From an uncultured Erysipelotrichaceae bacterium (GTDB lineage: Bacteria > Bacillota_I > Bacilli_A > Erysipelotrichales > Erysipelotrichaceae), in assembly GCA_964457525.1 (NCBI GenBank), contig CAYWGS010000039.1:1-12891 (forward strand): a stretch of DNA of 12,891 bases, in the 5' to 3' direction. The notes under the pieces are model-generated. The model saw only the letters and a program-made list of their open reading frames with translations, did not search any database and was not told the DNA's origin. Shown here in pieces: positions 7,947 to 12,891 of the stretch. Every line of letters begins with the position of its first letter. Positions within the stretch are counted from its first letter, which is position 1. Both the position numbers and the translations under genes were made by a program.

Positions 7947-8694
7947 TTTGATTTCTTAAAATAAGTTTGAGATTTGGATCACTTGAGGTGAGATAAAGCT
8001 CAAGCTTTTTTAATGGTTGTTCATATTGTATCAATTGGACTAAATGATTGTTTAATGATTCATGACTCTTCTTAGAAATAACATCATCTTTATAGAGTAA
8101 TGCTTCATCAAGATAAGCTTGATATGATTTATAGATTGACTTAAAATCCTCTAATGTAATTGTATCGATCTGATTAAGAGTATCTTTTAAACTAGGATAG
8201 AACTTATTGAGATTATCATCTAAACGCTTTACAGAATAACCAGGCATAAAAGTTAAGTTAACAATAAAGGCAATGAGAGCTCCAAACAAAGAATCGAGTG
8301 TTCGATGTAATCCATAGAAGAAAGGTGTTATATTTGGTGCGATATGTACCATAATTGCGATGAATACAAATCCACCGACGGTAATTGAACCTGGCAAATT
8401 GAGTTGATTACTAATGAGAATGATGATTAGAATACCAATCCCAGCCAAAATTGGATTGCCTCGATCAATACTTGCGAACAATACACCAATGATCGCACCA
8501 ATGAAGGTACCAATCACACGATTCTTACCGATGGTGATGGACAAACGTGCTGTACGATCCATTGAAATAATTGCAGTCATTGCGACGAAATAGGGGTACT
8601 CTAGTTTTAAGAGTTGTGATAAGAAAATAGATAATGAAACTGCAATTGCTGTTTTAATGGTTCTTAAGCCAATATTAAACGGGATAGTGCGCAT
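7930..8694 (-). CDS. Aromatic acid exporter (ArAE)/FUSC-family membrane protein (UPF0421/YgaE-like)
   Basis: 254 aa. The N-terminus IGLRTIKTAIAVSLSIFLSQLL.LEYPYFVAMTAIISMDRTARLSITIGKNRVIGTFIGAIIG matches the ArAE_1 pattern I remember (iG.RtiKTa.A....i.....l...pffA.iaAvis.q.t...S...g..R..gT.iGa..g). About 5 hydrophobic helices are followed by a helical cytoplasmic tail. GGAGG SD at 8705-8701. Its 3' end overlaps the trxB 3' end by 17 nt. Confidence 0.8.
   Translation of the reverse strand: MRTIPFNIGLRTIKTAIAVSLSIFLSQLLKLEYPYFVAMTAIISMDRTARLSITIGKNRVIGTFIGAIIGVLFASIDRGNPILAGIGILIIILISNQLNLPGSITVGGFVFIAIMVHIAPNITPFFYGLHRTLDSLFGALIAFIVNLTFMPGYSVKRLDDNLNKFYPSLKDTLNQIDTITLEDFKSIYKSYQAYLDEALLYKDDVISKKSHESLNNHLVQLIQYEQPLKKLELYLTSSDPNLKLILRNQIIQAL
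7982..8011 (+). terminator. Weak candidate intrinsic terminator for the uvrA-hprK-lgt-trxB transcription unit, embedded in the 3' coding end of the convergent gene
   Basis: CTTGAG (7982-7987), an 11-nt loop, CTCAAG (7999-8004), then C and TTTTTT (8006-8011). The stem is short and the loop large. It is the only hairpin plus T-run within about 100 nt downstream of trxB. Confidence 0.3.
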
Positions 8695-8718
8695 ATTAAA
8701 CCTCCATTAACCTAAATT

Positions 8719-8747
8719 ACTTTACGCCTATTTTTTATGCTTTTCAA
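8719..8747 (-). promoter_or_regulatory. Sigma-A-type promoter for the ArAE/FUSC-family gene
   Basis: On the minus strand: TTGAAA (8747-8742), a 17-nt spacer, then TAAAGT (8724-8719), about 25 nt upstream of the ATG at 8694. Confidence 0.5.
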
Positions 8748-8774
8748 TACGAAATCGAAGAAATTTTACAACAC

Positions 8775-8803
8775 TTGAGGACCACCCGGATGCGTGGTAA
8801 AAT
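8775..8803 (+). promoter_or_regulatory. Sigma-A-type extended -10 promoter for rapZ-yvcK-whiA
   Basis: TTGAGG (8775-8780), a 17-nt spacer, then TGG-TAAAAT (TG at 8795-8796, -10 at 8798-8803). This is followed by the SD AAAGGTGA (8812-8819) and the ATG at 8824. Confidence 0.5.
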
Positions 8804-8823
8804 AAACCCAGAAAGGTGAGTCT

Positions 8824-9669
8824 ATGAAACATCGAATTATATTAGTATCAGGAATGTCGGGTGCAGGGAAAACAACTGCGATGGGAATCCTTGAAGATAT
8901 GGGTTATCATTGCATGGATCAATTTCCTGTAAAACTTTTACCCAACTTATTAGAAATGATTGCGAAAGAGGATGATACACGGTTTCATAACCTTGCTTTA
9001 TCCACTAATCTTGTTAATTTTAATGAATTTAAGAATACCTTGGGTGTACTGGATATTGATCTACAAATCCTAATTTTAGAATCCAGTCACCCAGAACTAC
9101 TAAAACGCTATAAGTTTACACGTCGTACCCATCCAATGTTGTTATCGAATATTGCGACAACCTTAGAAGAAGGTATACAAATTGAACGTGAACGTTTAAA
9201 TAAACTCAAGGAACAAAACTGTTTAGTTGTCGATACCAGTTTCTTAAATGCGACAGAACTTAAACAAAGATTAAATAAAGTTTTCGCGATCAATAATCGT
9301 GCCGCATTCTCTATCAGTTTCATTTCATTCGGTTATAAGAATGGGTTACCAATGGATGCGGATTTATTGTTTGATGTTCGTTTCTTACCAAATCCGTATT
9401 GGGAAGAATCCCTACGTACAAAGACTGGAAATGATCAAGAAGTATATGATTATGTTATGACAAACAAAGAAACGCAACGATATCTCAAAAAATTAAAACC
9501 TTTTTTAGATTATTCATTTAAACAATACATCAAAGAAGGTAAGAATCACTTTACCGTAGGTATTGGATGTACGGGTGGTATGCATCGTTCTGTGTCTATC
9601 GTGAATTGGTTATTTGATGAGTATAGTAAGAAATACAATTGTTTCAAGGAACATCGTGATTTGGAGTAA
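8824..9669 (+). CDS. rapZ: RNase adapter / nucleotide-binding protein RapZ (YvcJ)
   Basis: 281 aa. Walker A VSGMSGAGKTTA, RYKFTRRTHPM, DVRFLPNPYW, and the C-terminal GCTGGMHRSV motif. All are characteristic of RapZ/YvcJ. Confidence 0.95.
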   Translation: MKHRIILVSGMSGAGKTTAMGILEDMGYHCMDQFPVKLLPNLLEMIAKEDDTRFHNLALSTNLVNFNEFKNTLGVLDIDLQILILESSHPELLKRYKFTRRTHPMLLSNIATTLEEGIQIERERLNKLKEQNCLVVDTSFLNATELKQRLNKVFAINNRAAFSISFISFGYKNGLPMDADLLFDVRFLPNPYWEESLRTKTGNDQEVYDYVMTNKETQRYLKKLKPFLDYSFKQYIKEGKNHFTVGIGCTGGMHRSVSIVNWLFDEYSKKYNCFKEHRDLE

Positions 9670-9672
9670 AAC

Positions 9673-10644
9673 ATGAATAAAACGCTAAAAGTTGTGGTCA
9701 TAGGTGGGGGAACCGGCCAATCAACCATCCTAAGAGGGATCAAACAAATTGATGATATTGATATTACGGCTATTGTGACAGTGGCAGATGATGGAGGTAG
9801 TACAGGACGTCTAAGACGAGCGTATCATATCCCGGCAATGGGTGATATTCGTAATGTCATGATTGCCTTATCTGAGAGTGAAACACTATTCTCAACATTG
9901 ATGAGTTATCGTTTTGAGAAGGATGATTTAGCTGATTTAAATGCAGTAAATGAACTCGAAGGACATAACCTGGGAAATATTATTTTAACTGCGCTTACAA
10001 AGAAAACAGGTAGTTTCATGGATGCCGTCACAACCATCTCAAAAGTCCTTAATGTAAAAGGAGATATCGTTCCTTCTACACATCAGGTAGTACGACTCAT
10101 CGCACGCATGGAAGATGGAACGATTGTTCAAGGGGAAAGCAATATCCCAAAAAGTCGTCACCGTATCCAAGAAGTGTATTATGATGAAAAAGTTGTAGGA
10201 AGTCATGAGGCTGTAAAAGCAATCGAGAAAGCAGACTTTATTATTTTTGGTATTGGAAGTGTCTATACCAGTATTTGTCCAAATTTAATCATTCCTGAGA
10301 TTCAGAAAGCATTGAAACGCAATCAAGGGAAGAAAATATATATTGCCAATGCGATGACCCAAGCTGGAGAAACAGATGGTTATAGTGTTGAAGATCATGT
10401 TCATGCGATCGAAAAACATGCCAACATTAAGTTGGACATTGTAATATCTGCCAATGATGAAATACCATTTGAAATATTACAACGTTATGTTGTGGAAGAA
10501 GCATTTCCTGTACATATACAAGAAAAGAAACATGATTATCAATTGATGAAACGTAAATTATTAACCTTTGAATCAAAACGAGTTCGACATGATCCTGAAA
10601 GAATACGGTCAGTTATCGAAGAAATTATTAGGAAGAAATCATAA
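9673..10644 (+). CDS. yvcK: Gluconeogenesis factor YvcK (UPF0052 / CofD-like family)
   Basis: 323 aa. VVIGGGTGQSTILRGIK, ITAIVTVADDGGSTGRLR, GDIRNVMIAL, GHNLGNIIL, MTQAGETDGYSVEDHVHAI; colinear with B. subtilis YvcK as I recall it. GGAG SD at 9663-9666. The ATG lies 3 nt after the rapZ stop. Confidence 0.95.
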   Translation: MNKTLKVVVIGGGTGQSTILRGIKQIDDIDITAIVTVADDGGSTGRLRRAYHIPAMGDIRNVMIALSESETLFSTLMSYRFEKDDLADLNAVNELEGHNLGNIILTALTKKTGSFMDAVTTISKVLNVKGDIVPSTHQVVRLIARMEDGTIVQGESNIPKSRHRIQEVYYDEKVVGSHEAVKAIEKADFIIFGIGSVYTSICPNLIIPEIQKALKRNQGKKIYIANAMTQAGETDGYSVEDHVHAIEKHANIKLDIVISANDEIPFEILQRYVVEEAFPVHIQEKKHDYQLMKRKLLTFESKRVRHDPERIRSVIEEIIRKKS

Positions 10645-10645
10645 A

Positions 10646-11563
10646 ATGTCATTTACACAAGAAGTTAAGCATGAAGTAGCGAACACTGAGTTAGGCTTAT
10701 GTTGTCAAAAAGCTGAAACAGCTGCCTTAATTCAATTAAGCTCTTCCATGGTTATCAAAAACCACAAATTTGAACTATCTATTAAAACCGAAAATGCGAC
10801 GACGGCAAAACGGGTTTTTAAGTTGATGAAGGAACAATTTCAAGCTGAGATGAAGCTTTCTGTTATGAAAAAGATGAACTTGAAGAAAAACAATATCTAC
10901 GAGATTCAAGTTTTAGACAAAACAACAGAAATTTTAACAGATCTTGGATTATGGAATGCTTCTGGATTTACCAGTCATCCAAGTAAAGCGATCGTTCGTA
11001 AAGAGTGTTGTGCTAGAGCGTACTTAGCAGGTGCTTTCTTAGCAGCTGGAAGTATCAACTCACCTAAGAAATCAAATTACCATTGCGAAATTGTGACACA
11101 AGATGTGGAGCATGCACAATACATTCAAACCATTATGAATCGTTTTGATTTAGGAGCGAAGTATATCATTCGTCGAAATCAACACGTTGTTTATCTAAAA
11201 GCATCTGAGAAAATATCTGATTTCTTACGTATGATACAAGCCAATAATGCGGTTCTTGATTTTGAAGATATTCGTATTCAACGCGATTTCCACAACAATC
11301 TTACTCGATTAGATAATTGTGAAGTTGCGAATGTCATGAAGACAATGGCAGCTGCTAAGGATCAATTAGATGTGATTAATCGTTTAATGGATCAAGGGGA
11401 ATTTGAGACATTAGACCCTAAAATAAAGATTGTGGCAGAGTTAAGATTAAGTCATCCAGAGGCTAGTTTAAATGAGTTATGTGAGAAATATGAGATAGAA
11501 ACGGGTAAACCAATTAGTAAATCTGGAATGAAACATCGACTAGCAAAATTGATTACGCTATAG
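10646..11563 (+). CDS. whiA: DNA-binding sporulation/cell-division regulator WhiA
   Basis: 305 aa from ATG 10646. MSFTQEVKHEV is a typical WhiA N-terminus. The degenerate LAGLIDADG-type core RAYLAGAFLAAGSINSP is present, along with a C-terminal HTH (SLNELCEKYEIETGKPISKSGMKHRLAKL). The track ORF begins at a TTG (10568) inside yvcK. That 26-codon extension is rejected in favour of the ATG 1 nt after the yvcK stop. Confidence 0.95.
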   Translation: MSFTQEVKHEVANTELGLCCQKAETAALIQLSSSMVIKNHKFELSIKTENATTAKRVFKLMKEQFQAEMKLSVMKKMNLKKNNIYEIQVLDKTTEILTDLGLWNASGFTSHPSKAIVRKECCARAYLAGAFLAAGSINSPKKSNYHCEIVTQDVEHAQYIQTIMNRFDLGAKYIIRRNQHVVYLKASEKISDFLRMIQANNAVLDFEDIRIQRDFHNNLTRLDNCEVANVMKTMAAAKDQLDVINRLMDQGEFETLDPKIKIVAELRLSHPEASLNELCEKYEIETGKPISKSGMKHRLAKLITL

Positions 11564-11583
11564 ATGTTTTTTTCTTTTTTTAT
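11534..11583 (+). terminator. Candidate intrinsic terminator after whiA
   Basis: Imperfect hairpin: CATC-GAC-TAGC (11534-11544), a 12-nt loop, then GCTA-TA-GATG (11557-11566), giving 4+4 bp around an internal loop. It is followed directly by TTTTTTTCTTTTTTT (11567-11581). The stem is weak but the U-tract is very strong. Confidence 0.4.
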
Positions 11584-11645
11584 CAAAATGTGTCTAAATT
11601 TTCACTTTAATATTCGGAAATAAGGTTTTTTGAAACAAAAATGTT

Positions 11646-11654
11646 TGTTATAAT
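11646..11654 (+). promoter_or_regulatory. Extended -10 promoter (TGTTATAAT) for the M23 peptidase gene
   Basis: TGn-TATAAT consensus at 11646-11654, with no convincing -35 (T-run only). The SD AAAAGGA (11667-11674) lies 9 nt before the ATG at 11684. Confidence 0.5.
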
Positions 11655-11683
11655 GACCTCACGACTAAAAAGGATATGTATAC

Positions 11684-12832
11684 ATGAACCAGAAATTAGT
11701 AAAACTAGGGATTGTGCTAATGAGTGCAACAGGACTCATCGCCACAACAAACCTAACAACCTTAAATACAAGTGCATTGTTTGAAACCAATAAGGTTGAT
11801 GCTTACGAGCTGATCGTAGATGGTGAGACATGGTTTATCTTAGAAGACATCCAACAAATCACTAAGATACTCGATCAATTTAAAGCCAAAATGACTCCCA
11901 ATATATCAGAGAATATAAAAGTTAGAAGTGTAGATTTTGTACAAGATGTGGAAATTGTGCCAGTTAAGGTGGATAAGAAACAACTTGGAAATATTGATAA
12001 TCTAAGTCGAAAACTGAATTATCCAATTCAAGCTCAAGATGTCTATGTTGTTCAAGAAGGGGATAGTACTTGGAAAATCGCAAATACACTTAATATCCCT
12101 TTAGAAGAAATTGAACGAATGAATCCAGATGTACAACTCGATAAATTATGGCCAAATGATGAACTTGTTATATCGGCTGTGCGATATCATTTGGATGTTA
12201 AGGTTTCATTGGAATCAACCGTTCAAGAAGTGATTCGATATACAACGAACACAACCAAAGACGCAAGTCTAAGTCAAAATACAAAGAAGACGATTAAAGC
12301 AGGGGTAGATGGATTAAAACAAGTTACCTACTTATTTGATTACGTTAATGGGGTTGAAAAAGAAAATACTATTTTAAATGAAATCGTACTATTGGAACCT
12401 GTTACTGCAGAAGTAGTGGTAGGTTCTAAACCACTTACATTAAGATCATCTGGAACCAATTTTGGAGTAACTACAGGTACATTATCCAGTGATTATGGGT
12501 GGAGAACACATCCTATTACTGGTAGACGTTCATTCCACGATGGTATTGATATTGCGAACCAAGTTGGTACATCCATTAATGCATATGCGGATGGAACCGT
12601 TACTAAAACAGCTTGGACGGATAGTTATGGAAATTATATTGTGATTGATCATGGCGGAGGACTTGAAACCTACTACATTCATTTATCTGGATTTGATGTT
12701 TCCGTTGGAGATTCAGTCACAACCGGTCAATTAATAGGAAGAATGGGTAAAACAGGATCCGCAACTGGAAGTCATCTACAATTTGAGATTCGACTTAATG
12801 GTCAACCTCAAAACCCTTGGGATTATCTATAA
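11684..12832 (+). CDS. Secreted or membrane-anchored LysM-G5-M23 (LytM-type) peptidoglycan metallopeptidase-like protein
   Basis: 382 aa. N-terminal hydrophobic signal/anchor (KLGIVLMSATGLIATT). LysM at aa ~121-164 (YVVQEGDSTWKIANTLNIPLEEIERMNP...DELVIS). G5-like segment at aa ~170-248 (..KAGVDGLKQVTYLFDYVNGVEKENTILNEIVLLEPVTAEVVVGSKP). M23 domain at aa ~265-378 with HDGID (H285/D289) and YIHL (H333), but SHLQFE (H364, Q366) instead of HLHFE. Confidence 0.93.
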   Translation: MNQKLVKLGIVLMSATGLIATTNLTTLNTSALFETNKVDAYELIVDGETWFILEDIQQITKILDQFKAKMTPNISENIKVRSVDFVQDVEIVPVKVDKKQLGNIDNLSRKLNYPIQAQDVYVVQEGDSTWKIANTLNIPLEEIERMNPDVQLDKLWPNDELVISAVRYHLDVKVSLESTVQEVIRYTTNTTKDASLSQNTKKTIKAGVDGLKQVTYLFDYVNGVEKENTILNEIVLLEPVTAEVVVGSKPLTLRSSGTNFGVTTGTLSSDYGWRTHPITGRRSFHDGIDIANQVGTSINAYADGTVTKTAWTDSYGNYIVIDHGGGLETYYIHLSGFDVSVGDSVTTGQLIGRMGKTGSATGSHLQFEIRLNGQPQNPWDYL

Positions 12833-12891
12833 AAACAAAGAGGCTGTAACGAATAAACAGCTTTGAATAGAATACAAATGAAAAGGTCCAG

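Noticed and set aside
9108-9743. Track ORFs 9108..9323 (-) and 9546..9743 (-) antisense to rapZ and the yvcK start
   Set aside because: Both are antisense shadows of conserved CDSs. No promoter or SD is present, and the second would span the rapZ-yvcK junction.
10568-10645. 26-codon N-terminal extension of whiA overlapping the yvcK 3' end
   Set aside because: The track start is a TTG inside yvcK. WhiA proteins start at MSF..E.K.E, which corresponds to the ATG at 10646, 1 nt after the yvcK stop.
11676-11687. Perfect 10-bp palindrome ATGTATACAT and a 3-codon mini-ORF (ATG TAT ACA TGA) whose stop overlaps the M23 start codon
   Set aside because: The SD (AAAAGGA, ending at 11674) is only 1 nt from the first ATG but 9 nt from the real start, so the mini-ORF is unlikely to be translated. 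Around a dozen or more perfect 10-bp palindromes are expected by chance in about 13 kb of AT-rich DNA.
12842-12865. Hairpin GGCTGT-N9-ACAGCT after the M23 gene as a possible terminator
   Set aside because: The stem is 6 bp including a G:U pair, the loop is 9 nt, and only TTT-G-AAT follows (no real U-tract). This is too weak to call. The window also ends 26 nt later, so the context is missing.
1-12891. None of the 11 genes ends in TGA (9 TAA, 2 TAG), raising the possibility of a Mollicutes-like code 4
   Set aside because: There is no in-frame TGA in any conserved gene. All are intact under the standard code, and the Trp codons inspected are TGG. Zero TGA stops among 11 genes is unremarkable for an AT-rich genome. 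Peptidoglycan-related genes (LysM-M23) also argue for a walled organism.
1-12891. Looked for mobile elements, CRISPR repeats, tRNA/rRNA, riboswitch-sized leaders, toxin-antitoxin pairs and defence-system hallmarks
   Set aside because: No transposase or integrase-like ORFs, terminal inverted repeats or spaced direct repeats are present. All intergenic regions are 130 nt or shorter and are accounted for by promoters, SDs and terminators. Every long ORF has a plausible housekeeping or membrane-protein assignment.

Overview
This is an AT-rich window that reads cleanly under the standard bacterial genetic code. All Trp codons checked are TGG, and no long gene is broken by TGA. It looks like a walled, low-GC Bacillota-type chromosome. 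The content is mostly a core housekeeping block in the order known from Bacillus and Staphylococcus: uvrA, hprK, lgt (here fused to a ppaX-like phosphatase), trxB, then rapZ (yvcJ), yvcK and whiA. On the left are a 5'-truncated DUF1700/HAAS-like polytopic membrane protein and a monocistronic GtrA-family gene. An opposite-strand ArAE/FUSC-type membrane protein sits between trxB and rapZ. A LysM-G5-M23 peptidase gene lies on the right. I found no rRNA, tRNA, CRISPR array, transposase, integrase, long repeat or recognisable defence or toxin cassette. I do not see a convincing novel multi-gene system, and by composition and synteny this looks like an ordinary core region. Five observations merit a second look. 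(1) lgt is fused in frame to a PpaX-like HAD pyrophosphatase. (2) An otherwise canonical M23 peptidase has Gln in place of the zinc-ligand His of the HxH motif. (3) The left-edge HAAS-like protein has an unusual two-part membrane architecture. (4) uvrA lacks an upstream uvrB and a Shine-Dalgarno (SD) site, and its -10 box is placed as for a leaderless mRNA. (5) trxB and the ArAE gene overlap tail to tail by 17 nt. All family calls rest on motifs read by eye and remembered homologues. No searches were run.
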